A DNA stretch of 64,000 bases, from the NCBI GenBank assembly GCA_973895155.1, contig OZ316891.1, forward strand, positions 8,991,875 through 9,055,874, given 5' to 3'. Below are positions 52,153-64,000 of this stretch, one piece after another. Under the pieces are notes generated by a model. That model made no database searches, was not told the origin of the DNA, and saw only the letters and a program-made list of their open reading frames with translations. Origin of the DNA: Marsupella aquatica (Eukaryota > Plantae > Marchantiophyta). The position numbers and the translations under genes were made by a program. Positions within the stretch are counted from its first letter, which is position 1. Every line of letters starts with the position of its first letter.

Positions 52153-54009
52153 TCAAATCTGTGTCCTAGATAAAACACCTTGAATAATCACATCCGGATA
52201 AGAAGGAATAATAGGTAGGAACGCTAAACACCTAAGCGACTTGAACCCTTGGGAAGCCGGTAGCATACATTGTTTTGTAATCAACTGCTCCCTTAGCTTA
52301 ACAAGCTTCTTCTCATATTTAATTGGAATAGCAAACCCACCAGGACAAACCCAAACATAGTATGGATAGGGCCATGGAATTTCCGGCACAAGGGGCGGAA
52401 ATGGAGCTTGAGCTCGTCGAAGCATATACACCCAACACCAAATTTCAAACTCCGAAAACTTATGTCGTCTGTCCTTATCAATGGGAGGAACCGCCTTCCC
52501 AGGTTCATATGTGCGAATCAAACTACGAATCCTCGGATGGGATGTCATTGGCAAAATCTGCTGCTGCTGCAAAATGCTCTCCATCTCCAGATGTCGAAAA
52601 GCTACTCGAAAATGTTTCTTCTCCCACCTGTGAATTGAAGCCAAATTAGGGATAGGATTTCGGGGTGGCAAATCCACTGTATGCCGAAGTCGAGGAGGTA
52701 CTCTGATAATGCGAGGGTCTTCGTCTTCTTCTCCATCACTTGGTGCTCCTATCCAACGGAAAATTACATCTGGCATAGCGGAAGGAATCACTGACTCCTT
52801 AACTGGTCGAATTGGCAATGTAACAGGAGACGAAGGAGCAGAAGGTTCGGGCTCCAGTGGTTCAAATTCTTCTCTTGCAACAGTAGCTGGTTGATCTGCA
52901 GTGGGATGCATTGGTACTAAAACAGGAAGTTCTTCTTTAAAATTATCGCTAGGTAAAGAGACTTCCTGGTTAGTTCGATCTGCCAAAAGTACAGGAAGGG
53001 GTAGCTCGTCTGTTCCGATAGGTGCTTCTCCCTGTTCAAAATCCTGGGAAGATGCTTCAGGAAAGATCTGTCGACTGATAGCATGGCGCAACCGTTTCCA
53101 AGATTTTCGAGTATACGTCACTGAAAACTCCTCCCGAATGTTTTTATCCTCGTTTGTAGCCAATGAAACTGGTGCTGAGCTGGTTGTCGAAGCGGGTGTC
53201 TCGGGTACCAATATGGGTACAGATATACCCATATTACCAGATACCTGATTGCGACTCGGAAAACCAGCAGAGCCTCCTTCAATCAACTCATCTTCAGGAG
53301 AAACCCATTTTACAGGCGGAAATGAAGGAGCTCCTATCGCGGCTATTGCCTCATCTAATTCCTTAGTTATATCCAAAGGAATCGATATGAGTGAACCAGG
53401 TGTAGACCAGGCAGGGTATCTTGCGACAGATTGGGGAGAAGTCACTGGTTCACCTACTTCGTCTATATCCACAATTGCATCCTCCGAATCAACTTTAACC
53501 AGCTTCACAATTTCTGAGCTTAATATTTCTGACTCCTGGACCAGAGGGATTTCACCTATATTTGGGCTAGAACTAAGAGAGTCGGACGAATCATACTCCT
53601 GTAAAGCCTGCAAAGCATCACTATTTGCCTCTATGGGAACCAAAACAGGGGTAGAAGTAAATCCATCATACTCGTCCTCAGCAGTAGAATGTTGAAGAGG
53701 TTCCCCTGAAAAACCTTCTTCATCCACCCTCACCTCATCTTCAACATTCATCCGAGAAGCAGAATTATCCTGATCAACATCATAAATAGGCTCGGCAGCA
53801 CAAGGTGAACACGAGAGTCGAGGTGACATAGAATGCTCCAACCCTGTTGGCATTGCTGAAGGAACATCTTCGGCAACTTGAGCCTCTCTTGGTTGGTGAA
53901 GAATCGGATCGTCACTCCCTTCAGCTGATGCTCTTGTCTCTTTCAATTTCCGAACTTCACCCACCAGTTCAGGTTCCTCACAGTCGAGTATTGCACATAG
54001 CTCTACCAC
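52153..54009 (-). CDS. Additional ORF of the Gypsy element, 618 aa, Glu/Pro/Ser-rich, unknown function
   Basis: Long uninterrupted ORF between RNase H and the PPT/3' LTR, on the same strand as pol. There is no ATG at its start, so it is probably 5'-truncated. Confidence 0.65.
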   Translation of the reverse strand: MVELCAILDCEEPELVGEVRKLKETRASAEGSDDPILHQPREAQVAEDVPSAMPTGLEHSMSPRLSCSPCAAEPIYDVDQDNSASRMNVEDEVRVDEEGFSGEPLQHSTAEDEYDGFTSTPVLVPIEANSDALQALQEYDSSDSLSSSPNIGEIPLVQESEILSSEIVKLVKVDSEDAIVDIDEVGEPVTSPQSVARYPAWSTPGSLISIPLDITKELDEAIAAIGAPSFPPVKWVSPEDELIEGGSAGFPSRNQVSGNMGISVPILVPETPASTTSSAPVSLATNEDKNIREEFSVTYTRKSWKRLRHAISRQIFPEASSQDFEQGEAPIGTDELPLPVLLADRTNQEVSLPSDNFKEELPVLVPMHPTADQPATVAREEFEPLEPEPSAPSSPVTLPIRPVKESVIPSAMPDVIFRWIGAPSDGEEDEDPRIIRVPPRLRHTVDLPPRNPIPNLASIHRWEKKHFRVAFRHLEMESILQQQQILPMTSHPRIRSLIRTYEPGKAVPPIDKDRRHKFSEFEIWCWVYMLRRAQAPFPPLVPEIPWPYPYYVWVCPGGFAIPIKYEKKLVKLREQLITKQCMLPASQGFKSLRCLAFLPIIPSYPDVIIQGVLSRTQI

Positions 54010-56229
54010 TGTGGAATTGGCTCGGACTTAACCAAATATTTTAAGGAATTATGATCAGTGTGAAAAGTAACCTGATACCCCAACAAATAGTGACGAAATT
54101 TCTTACACGCAAAGAAGATGGCCAAAGCTTCCCATTCAGTGACGGAGTAGTTTTTCTCGGCTGCACTCATTTGGCGGCTGGCATAGTAAATTGGATGGTC
54201 ACGGTTTTCCACATCCTTCTGACTGAGATTAGCTCCAATGCAGAACGCAGAAGAGTCAATGAAGACATGAAACTTCTTAGTCCAATCTGGGGGTGACAAA
54301 ATAGGTGCAGAGATTAACCGATCCTTGAGCAACTGGAATGCTTGCTGCCGCTCCTCATTCCATGTATATTCCACATCACTTTTTAACAGTTGGGTTAAGG
54401 GTAAGGCAATATTAGCATGTTTATAAATGAACCGACGATAATACCCCACATGTCCCAGAAAAGCACGAAGCTGCTTTAAATCGGTCGGTGGTTGCAACTC
54501 CATAATTACTCTAACCTTCTCTGTATCAACCTCAATGCCGCGTTGTGAAATAACATGGCCTAACAAAATTCCCTCCTTCATACCAATAAAGCACTTTTCT
54601 GGATGAAGACACAACTGAGCCTCTCTACACTTCTGAAATGTCTTCTCCAAATGGACGAGGTGTTCAGCCGCTGACCCGTAAACACAAAAGTCGTCAATAA
54701 AAATCTCCATGAAATGCCGCAAATATTCTTGAAAAATAATCATCATAATGCGCTGAAAAGTACCCGGGGCATTACACAGCCCAAAAGGCATCATGGTAAA
54801 TGCATATGTACCCCAGTCGGTGGTGAACGTAGTCTTGTCGCGATCCTCCTTCCGAATGGACACCTGGTTATAACCAGAGTACCCATCTAAAAAACTGTAT
54901 AACTCATGCAAGGCCACTGAATCAAGTACCAGATCAATAAATGGCAAAGGATAATGATCTTTCCGAGTGGCAGCATTCAACTTCCGGAAGTCTTGACAAA
55001 CGCGAATTTTCGTTTTACCATCGGGTCCCGGCTTTTTGGGGACAATGACAATTGGTGAGACCCATTCACTACTCAAGACCGGGTAGATAAATCCAGCAGT
55101 CGTGAGCTTGTCCAACTCGTCTTTAACCAGGATGGAATATTTGGGATTCAAACGGTACTGTCTCTGTCGGACAGGTACTGCTCCTTCCATAAGGTCAATA
55201 CGATGTTCGCCCAAATGTGGATGGATACCTTTTAAATCAGAATGACTCCAGGCAAAGACATCTTTATACTGGGTTAATAAACTGATATACTGTTCCCGTA
55301 GCTCTCCTTCGATATGCTTACCAATATTCAAAAACTTGCCTGGCTCAATTTCGATTTTCTGACAAGCTTTTGGATCCACAATTCCATCCGTGAGGTTTGC
55401 CGGCTGAAGTCCAAGTTTGGATACTTCTGGTGCAAATGGCTCAAGGGTAGCTGACACTCCCATATCATGGTGTAAATCCCTATTAGCCTCAGTATTAGGA
55501 GGTTCGTCTGCTGCTGGGCCCACTTCCGATGATGAAGTTAATTGTCAGGAGGGCCTAGTTGGTTTTATGGGAGCATCAGACAGATAAACTTCCAAGTAAC
55601 GAACTTCCTCCAGTTCAAATTCCAATGGCTGCAGGACTAGCGAAGAGGTCGAAAAATCCGAGGTGTACCCATCATCTGTTTGTGTTTCTCCAAAATGTGG
55701 TTCCGGAACCCAACTAACAGTCACCTTAGGCTTCCCAAATGAAAGCTCTTGAGATTGCCAATTAACCTGAACTTGAGCCTTATACAACCATGGTCGGCCT
55801 AACAAAACAGGAAAGCTGGATGGTATTTCCGGATTAATAACCACATAATCCAACAGAAAAGGGACACCAGCAATCAAAGTTTCTACTTTGGTCAGCTTCC
55901 CTATGGGTACCACACGAGACTGATCCGCCATGCGCAAAATCTTGGGAGTGGGCTCAAACTTAGTGAAACCCAAATTAAATGCTGCTGACTGTGTAATCAG
56001 ATTAACGCTGGCTCCTCCATCCACAGGAACTCTCCGAATGACACACCCCTGGATTTGAACCTCAATTTCCATCGGTCCTTTGTCCTCCCACTCTGTTCGT
56101 AGCACATCCACAGAAGGTAACTTCTTCTTCCTCCGTTTTCCTGCAAGGAGGCTCCTCAGCTGTCGCCTATAAACCGGATTGTCCTGTAATAATTCCACCA
56201 TTGGATTGTCCTGTAATAATTCCACCATT
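54003..56229 (-). pseudogene. Ty3/Gypsy non-chromovirus pol remnant (PR-RT-RNase H; gag and integrase missing)
   Basis: PR: VPVDGGASVN. One in-frame TGA at 55545-55547. RT: SEWVSPIVIVPKK, DHYPLPFID, FLDGYSGYNQV, MPFGLCNAPGTFQR, FIDDF. RNase H: IYYASR...TDHNSLKYL, after which it ends abruptly. Confidence 0.92.
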
Positions 56230-56234
56230 GGATT

Positions 56235-59200
56235 CTAATGAATGTACCACCATTGGAGACGTTAATGGGTGTGCTAAGTTCATATTGAATTGTTTTAGGA
56301 TCTTTTCCGTTTGTGTTGTCTGATGGAGCATCATGCCAGTAGGCAAGATCTCCAGTTGTAAACCTAAACAAAAGTTTGTATGGCCAAGATCTTTCATCTC
56401 AAATGTTGTTTTGAAACGGGTAATAGTATCTTCTATAATTTGGGATGTCCCAAATATGTTTAAGTTGTCGACATAAATAGAGACAATGACATATTCATCA
56501 TCCACATGTTTAATAAATAAACATGGAGTAATTACATCATGGGAAAAACCCATGGAAATCATCTCATCAGTGAATCTTTGATGTCATACTCTGCCACTTT
56601 GTTTCAAGCCATATAATGCCTTCAACACGCGGATAGCTAGTCCGCGGTGAGTATGCCATATGGCTGACACAGGGGTGTCATTTTGATGAGTTACATGTGT
56701 AGATGACATATGAGGTGTAACTTGATGTGTTTGGTTGATAATCTTATGTAAATATGGAATATGCGATGTAGCGCCTTGAGCTAAAGCTCGACGATATTCC
56801 TCCAACTTGGGAGGTGATTGCATGTATAGACAAGTGTCTAAAGTTCCATATAGATATACGGTCGCGACATCCAGTTGTTGCATCTTAAGTTTATGGAAAA
56901 TGGCAAATCCGATAAGGTATTGAAATGTTGTGCTGTCCATAACCGGTGAGTAAGTTTCATCGTAATAGATTCCCGGTTGTTGGGTGAATCCTTTCCCTAC
57001 CAGACGTGCTTTGTAGCGTACAACCTGGCCTTTATCATTTCTTTTGCGGACGAAGGTCCACTTGTAGCCAATGAGGTGTGCGTCTCTTGGTGTTGGCTCA
57101 ACTGGGCCAAAAGTGTGTCTACTTAGTAGGGAATCTAAGTTGCCATTGATAGCTTTTTGCCATTCAGGCCAATCTGGTCTGTTTTGGCATTCTAATATGG
57201 AAATTGGTTCAGGTGTATCGTCATTGATATGTGTTGCCACCATTAATGCAAAAACATCATCTATTGAAGTAGTAGTTCTATCCCACATCGCACCGGTGTG
57301 TGCGTAGTGGATAGAGATCTCTTCATGAGTTGTAGAGTCAGTATGATCTACGTTAGGTGAAGGAGGGATAGATGAACCACACCTTCTTGGTTGTTTATCT
57401 TTTGATCCCAAGGGTCTGCCACGTTTGGCACGAGGCTGGGATGTACTTGCTGGCTCTCTTGATAATTTGATGCGAGCGGATGCTCTCGTAGCTGGAATAT
57501 GTGAGCGGGTAACTTGTGATGTATCGACAAAAGCGTTGGGAAGTTCTTCCACAATCTTGTGAAGTTACAAAATTTGCTGAAATTCTTTCTCCCCTGATTT
57601 GTTCTAAGGTCTTGCCAAAATGACGAATGTCTCTCCCACTCCAAAGGTGGTAGTGGGTGTTCAGGGGTTATTAATAGTGGATAAATATGCTCATCAAAAT
57701 GACAATCTAAAAATCTGGCTTTAAAAACGTCGCCTGTTGTAGGCTCCATATATCTGATTATGGACGATGAGTCGAATCCGATGTATATCCCCAATTGTCG
57801 TTGGGGTCCCATCTTGGTTCGTTTGGGTGAAGTAATGGGGACCATTACTTGACATCCAAATGAACGAAGGTGGGATAGACCGGGTTTGATACCGTTAGCA
57901 ATTTGGCATGGGCTATAAGAATTAAAAGCTGATGGGCGGTATTGAATTAATGCGTTAGCCTGTAATATGGCATATCCCCATGCTGAGACGGGGAGTTTCG
58001 ACTGCATTAGTAGTGGGCATGCAATTAGCTGAAGGCATTTAATGACAGCTTCAGCTAATCCATAATTCTGGAAATGCACATGGGGTATAGGATATTGTCC
58101 ATCAATACCTCGTGATGTACAAAAGTCGTCAAATGTTTCAGATGTGAATTCCCCTACATTGTCCACCCTTAGTGTCTTAATGGGGTGATCGGGAAATTGT
58201 GCCTTCACGCGCAAGATTTGCGCCAAGATGCGAGGCATAACCATGCTCCGCATTGAAAATAGGGTCACATTTGACCATTTGGTTGATGCATCGATCAGTA
58301 CCATAAAGTAGCGAAATGGTCCGCTTGGTGGGTTAATTGGCCCATAGACATCCGCATGTATGATGTCCAATAATTTTGGTATCTTGGTTGGCAATTTTGA
58401 TGCCATGGGCCTTGTTATTACTTTGCCGCGTGAGCATGCGGTGCATGGAGTGCTGGCTGGAATGTGGCGTATGTTAGTTGGAATGCCTCGTGAATTCTTA
58501 ATAATTTTTCTTAGCATGGATTGACCGGGGTGGCCAAGGTGTGCATGCCAAAGTGCAGGAAATTCACTTGGTTGTGCATTGTTATGCAAACATTCAATTT
58601 GAGTTACGTAAAACCCGCATGGGTACAAGAAAAGAGTATCTTTAATGATTTTCCCCATAGGGGTATTTCAACCAAATGGATTACTTCCTGGTCTTTTGTA
58701 TTGCCTGTTTGGACGTGGAGTCCATTTGCTCGTATATCCCTAAAGCTTAGGAGATTACGGGTTGCATTCGGGGTGAAGATTGCTGATTCTATCTGGATTT
58801 TTGTACCCTGCGGAAGTCGAATAGAAGCTGGGCTGAAGCCCTCTTCTATCTGGCTAGGACCATTGATGATGGTCAGTGATCTACTTGAAGGTGTGATCTT
58901 GTGGAAAAGAGTTCTATCCCAAAAGATAGTATGAGTAGTCGCGCTATCAATAATGCATGTGCTGGGACTATTTAGGTCTGGGGTTGTGGAGCTACTCGCC
59001 ACTAAATGTGCCTCGGGTTGCGCAGGTGTGTCTAAAAAATCTTGAAATAAGTCTCTGGATTCCATAAATGCCCCGTGGGTCTCACGGGGTGGTGCCCTAG
59101 GGTTTTGGCCATCTTTTAGGGATTGTTGGTATAAATCTCTAAGGTACTGTGGAATCCTACAGTTGCGGGCCAGATGGTTGGTCATGCCACATTCGTGGCA

Positions 59201-61676
59201 TCTTGGTCGTTCTTGCTGTGGTCGAGGTTGAGGCCGATCATTTCGGCGGTCATTCTGGTATCTCCTTCCACCTCGTCCGCATCCTCGGCCGCGTGTGAAG
59301 TTGTTGCAAAAACTCTGTTGTTGTGGGCGCCCGTTTGGGCAACCTCTAAAAGCCCGTCGAAAGGCGCCGCGTTGCTGGTGTTGGTTGAAGAAACTCCCCC
59401 TGTTGAGGGTGTTTCTCCTATTACCATTCTTGGCGTGTTTGTCATCCTGCCTTGATGTGGAGGGTCCAGCGTTGTCGATGTGATGGGTTTCTCTCTCTGG
59501 TTTTGGGGGTAGTGTGCCCGCAGGATGTTTCCTAGAGTTAACTAAAAGGAGCTCTTGGTTTCTTTCTGTTACTAGGAGGTGGGCGGTGAGCTCTGAGTAT
59601 TGTCCAAACTTCATGTTCTGATACTGGGTTGATAGTAGTACGTTCGAAGAGTGGAACGTGGACAAGGTTTTTTCTAGCAAGTCCTTGTCTGCGACTGGCT
59701 CGCCATAGAGTGCAAGGGTTGAGGAGATTCTGAATAGCTCACTATTGTAGGTTGAGATGGATGTAAAATCTTGGAACCGTAAGTTTAGCCATTCTTGGCG
59801 GGCTCTAGGTAGTTCGACCAATTTCTGGTGGTCGAATCGGGTCTTAAGCGCTGTCCATAGCTCGTGAGGGGTGGTTAGGTGCATGTATTGTCTTTGCAAG
59901 AACCTATGGATATGGCGTCGAAGAAATACTAGGGCCTTTGATTCATTGGCCTTGGTTAACGGGTTTGGTTGGGGTTCGTCTGCTAGTATGGGTTGAGCTA
60001 TCCCTATAGCTGGGAGTAGGGTTAAAGAGGTCAGGTTCTCCTTGAGGTTCATGAACCACTCGAGGTAATTGTTACCATCGATTTCTAAAGCTGGGAAATT
60101 CAATTTCTCCAGGTTGGCCATCTAGGGTTGCTATGGCACTATTTTCTAAGCTCCTTTTGATAGTAATTAGGGCTTATAGAGTAATAGCCATAAGTAAAAG
60201 TCGACAAAACACATTTATGCGGCATGCAAAGTGGGACTTGGTGCAGAGAGCATGCAAATTTGGAATTCAGTTTTAGGGTTTGCACTTAGGATTTAGGTTT
60301 TCCTTGTTATTTGGTTAATTGCAAAGTTTTCTTTGTATGTGTTGTTTCCTTTGTTAAATTGTGCAGTAATGCATTTTTGCAGTTTGTGCAGTTATGGGTG
60401 ATTAGTTACTCGTACCTTGGTTAAGTGCACATGCAGCTTTGTAAAGTTAAGTTTCCTTTGTTACAGTGTGCAGTTATGAAGGGATGCACTTAAGTTGTTA
60501 AGTGCACATGAATACACGGACAACAGGATTGCCTTGTTGAAATTTGCACTTAAGGAGGGTGAAGCGGTTGGGGCTTTATCTCGACGTTTTGTCGATGGGT
60601 TGTTCAGCAATGTTGTTCTTTCCCTTCGAACAGCCCTGTTCTCGCCTCCTTGCCTCGTCCTTCAGGTGCTGTTTCGAATCTTGGTCAATTGGCTCTCCTT
60701 CGATTCTTCAACTTGCTTTTTGTGCTTCTGTTTGCAATCTGCTTCCTATCTGCTTCTATTTCTCTCAGTCTTCTTTGACAAGATCTCAAGTTTTGTTCAT
60801 GCAGCCCTTTTCAACAACGAAATATGCATGGGGATCCTTCTCATCAAGCAGCCCCAGATCCCTTGTCTAACCGATCCTTTCTTTTCTGCTCTCTTGTTCT
60901 TTGTGTTCTCTATGTCCTTATCAATTGTTGATCTGACGAGCTACACTCCAATGAGGAAAAGCTCAATGTCATCCGGATATCTGGTTCAATTTTGCTTGAG
61001 TGATCAATTTCCTCTCTATTTGCGTATCTTCGTCCATCTGAGCCGCGTTCTCTGGTTCTTGTTTCAATAGGTCTACTTCTTCTGTGTTTCGAGTCTACTT
61101 CTCAATTGCTTACAAACTCGATTGATTGATTGTTTCTTCTGTTTGATTGATTTGTTCTCGGGAGGAATCGTCTTCTGATGGTCTGCAATCTGATTGAAAG
61201 AGTCTGTCCATGGGTGACTCTCCATATGTGGTAGAATGATAACTCTGTTGTAGATTTCTCATTTCACCAACAAACTCTTTGTACATCGCCCTGGATAACC
61301 GAATCTCGAGTCGGACAGTAGAGAGTCCGTGATTGTAACAAATTGCTTTGAATCTTCATAATGAATTTAATCCAGTCACCTCAATCTTAATTCACCTTCC
61401 TCAGTTCCTGAAATTCATTGTAGGAGGATAAGTGTTGGACATCTCCTTGGTGAGCCAACTTTGATGGACCTGGCTTGGTGCTCCCTTTTTTCTGTCACTG
61501 GTATTTCTCTTCTCTCTCCTGCCATAGCTTTTCGCTCTCTTGTGCTCTAAGTTGGGTGAGTCGTGCTGATAACGTATGATAGGATAATGAATAACTGTCA
61601 ATAGAATGAGTAGGGTCATGGTACATATAGGTGTGTCGGGTGACCGGTTGGTCCGGTCAATGGGTAGAGTCTAACA
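56235..61676 (-). mobile_element. Ty1/Copia retrotransposon, Bianca-like (5' LTR-PBS-gag-PR-INT-RT; 3' end deleted)
   Basis: About 102-bp LTR at 61575-61676 (TG...TA on the minus strand), PBS cgttatcagcacgact at 61559-61574. gag-PR ORF 58604-60121 (MANLEKLNFPALEIDGNNYLEW, CHEC knuckle, CIIDSATTHTI). INT 57348-58658. RT 56584-57552 and 56235-56562 (KALYGLKQSGR, IYVDNL, FEMKDLG). Confidence 0.93.
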
Positions 61677-61817
61677 CTTTCTATGTTTTTAGGGACATCA
61701 CCCTTTTAACTTAGTTTTACAAGTTATTTAAACTCCATTTAATTCTTTTCAGTTTTTATTTTTAAAGTCCAATTACACTAAATATCCATTCTTATCTAAA
61801 ACATTAAATCATCGGTT

Positions 61818-61941
61818 TCATTCATTCACAACTCATTGCATTTATAAATTTTGCTCGTACATATTTTTCATTCATCCACAACTCATCATTCATAAATTTT
61901 GCTCATACATCTATTTCATCCATCCACAACTCATCATTCAT
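61818..61941. repeat. About 52-bp tandem repeat, 2-3 copies
   Basis: ttcatccacaactcatcattcataaattttgctc is repeated. Confidence 0.75.
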
Positions 61942-61965
61942 GGCAAAAATAACCCAAACTTCTTA

Positions 61966-62775
61966 ATGAAATCTGTGGATGCTTCACTATTACGCTTCAG
62001 GGGATTCTCTAGGGAAGCGAAGCAAGGGATGCTGGCTTTTATCCAGGCTATTCAAAGATTGGCCTTCAGGGGACATGCTTTTGACTCTATGGCCAGGCAA
62101 TGGCGGTGGCTTGACAAAGATTTTGCTCCCCATTGCTTTAGGCTCTCTAACCATCGGGTGTATGAAATGCTCCACCCTAAGGGCTCTGATTTTTGCAGGC
62201 TCAACCGGATCTGGAATGAAACTCTGACTGGGGCTGATTGGAGCAGGGTCTGGATTGTGGTATGGAGTACTGATCTCTCCACTAAGGCAAAAACTTTTCT
62301 TTGGTGGATTCTGGCTCAGGGGCTCTTCTCTGGCTCTAGGGCACCCAGGATGGCCAAATCTGGCAGCTCTTGTACTCTGTGTGTTGGCACTATGGAAACT
62401 ATTCCCCACATTTTCCTTTTTTGCAGACACGCGACCTGTTGCTGGAGTTTGGCCAGGAGCTGGCTAAATGGCTTACTCAACGTTGGCCACGTGTCTATTG
62501 TTGGCCTGCTCTCATCCACCTTGGGGAAGGAGGCTTTGACTACTTTGCGTCTCTTCCTCTTACATCAATCTCTGTGGTGTATTTGGTTGACAAGAAATTC
62601 TCAGACGTTTGACCGTTCTAAGCTGAGAACTTTTGACAAGTTACTGATCTTTTCTGAAACCTTAGATCACTTGACTGTTGTTGCTGCGGCTTTTGCCCTG
62701 GGCAAGAAACACCGCCGGCTTAATTACTCGAGCCATCTCGCTTTTAACTGCGGAGCAATTTAGGATTCTCGGTAG
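61966..62775 (+). mobile_element. LINE 3' fragment (zf-RVT region of ORF2)
   Basis: WSRVWIVVWSTDLSTKAKTFLWWILAQGL...CTLC...ETIPHIFLFC...LWCIWLTRNSQTF, typical of the C-terminus of plant L1-type ORF2. Confidence 0.85.
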
Positions 62776-64000
62776 CGGTGTACACCGCACTGTTACACAC
62801 TTACTTGTGTTAAATCTTGGCTGAGGCTGTCTCTCATTTGTATAACTAGGAAAACCATTCTACTCTTATTTTGAAGTCTAACACTAGATAGTTTCAATCT
62901 TTAGTACTCAGAATAGTGTTCGACTAGGTTGAACACTGTTAGGATCCACATTGTTGTTTCTTTGGTCTGATCACTGTGTTGTACTTTGGACTGTGTCCCC
63001 CCTGAAGTGAACCCTCCTGCTTTGACCACACGCTCTATAGTTGTTGTTGGGTCTTTGCTCTTTTCTGCCCTCGATGGCTTGCCGCCTTCTAGCTTGCTTG
63101 TTTCCCCCATCCGTGGGGTTCACACGGAATAAAATTAAAATTTTAAATAAACAAATATTAAAAATTATTTCTTTTATTTAAGGAAAAGTTTTGGTTTGAG
63201 GTTACAAAGTGTTTTTCTTTGGTTGCTTGTCCTCTAGCTCGGGTTTCCATGCAAAATTCAATTCAGGTCATCAGGTCAGATTTCGGTCTTGAGGTCATCA
63301 ATGGTCTCCCCCATGCATTTTGAACATAGCTTCATCCTTTGGCAAGCTTCTTTCACATCTTTGTTTTTCTTGCTCTCTTCCTCTTGTCCTTTCTTCCTCC
63401 TCTCCTCGAGCTTCCAATCCCATAGCAGGAAAATTTTCCTCTCAACCATATCTTTATCTACCGTTTTCTTTTATCAACCAAGGTATTTCAAATCCTAACT
63501 AAGTCTCTCTTATTTCAACACACTTATAATGAGCTCAGGTTTGTAGTTAAGCTTCTAATGCAAAGTTCCCACTCTGGATCTTCTTAAGTCTCGATGTTCC
63601 CTTTTATGCTCGACCTCAGCTCCGCAAGTCCTTATGTCCCAGATAGTTCATCCCCGTTTTCACTCTAGTCATCATTGCATTCGCTTAACTCTATAGATTC
63701 ATCCTTTTAAGCCAAACTGCCGTGCCACCTCAAACTGTCTTTGCTTTTAACGTCATGCATTCGGTCCTCATTTTTTTCTCGTGAAGTGTTCGACCTCCCT
63801 TTTCTAAGCTTTTAATTTCCTTTGCCAAGTATATGTAAAATTCCTCTTAATGTCAATGAATGCTCTTCTGTAGTCAAGTTAATTCAGTATCAAGGTGTAA
63901 CTCTTGTTTCTTTAATCGTGCATCAGCTCAGTTCCCCCCCCCCCAAAATGCTCTCAGCTTAGCTCAATATCTGCAATCTTGTTTCCTTTTTCAACGTTAC

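Noticed and set aside
60495-61070. 191-aa hydrophobic ORF on the + strand
   Set aside because: Antisense reading of a purine-rich retrotransposon leader; no recognisable domain.
61559-61574. tRNA-Ile gene
   Set aside because: Only about 15 nt match the anticodon arm and there is no cloverleaf; its position marks it as a PBS.
62775-62788. Perfect 14-bp palindrome gcggtgtacaccgc at the end of the LINE fragment
   Set aside because: Single occurrence with no supporting context; it may be chance or a junction scar.

Overview
Eukaryotic land-plant nuclear DNA, probably from a non-seed plant such as a bryophyte (inferred from short GT-AG introns, TTTAGGG repeats and a bacterial-type RNase HII). 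The left half (about 3-31 kb) holds four intact-looking genes: a plastid-type DEAD-box helicase (RH22-like, +), ATG7 (-), an intronless GT37 fucosyltransferase (-) and an intron-containing bacterial-type RNase HII (+). Between them lie non-autonomous Helitrons, solo LTRs and a foldback element. The right half (about 33-64 kb) is a cluster of decayed transposons: a solo LTR, an FHA gene fragment, a CACTA derivative, three Bianca-like Copia elements, a hAT-like MITE, two LINE 3' fragments and a non-chromovirus Gypsy remnant. Main leads: (1) the RNase HII has two in-frame start codons, a uORF and a tail with chromatin/nuclear-type motifs; (2) the Gypsy has a long extra 3' ORF region ending in a second retropepsin-like domain, plus a palindrome array in its LTR; (3) the Copia primer-binding sites match the tRNA-Ile anticodon arm, with an apparent inosine signature. 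Exon boundaries were read by eye and family assignments come from remembered motifs; no database searches were run.
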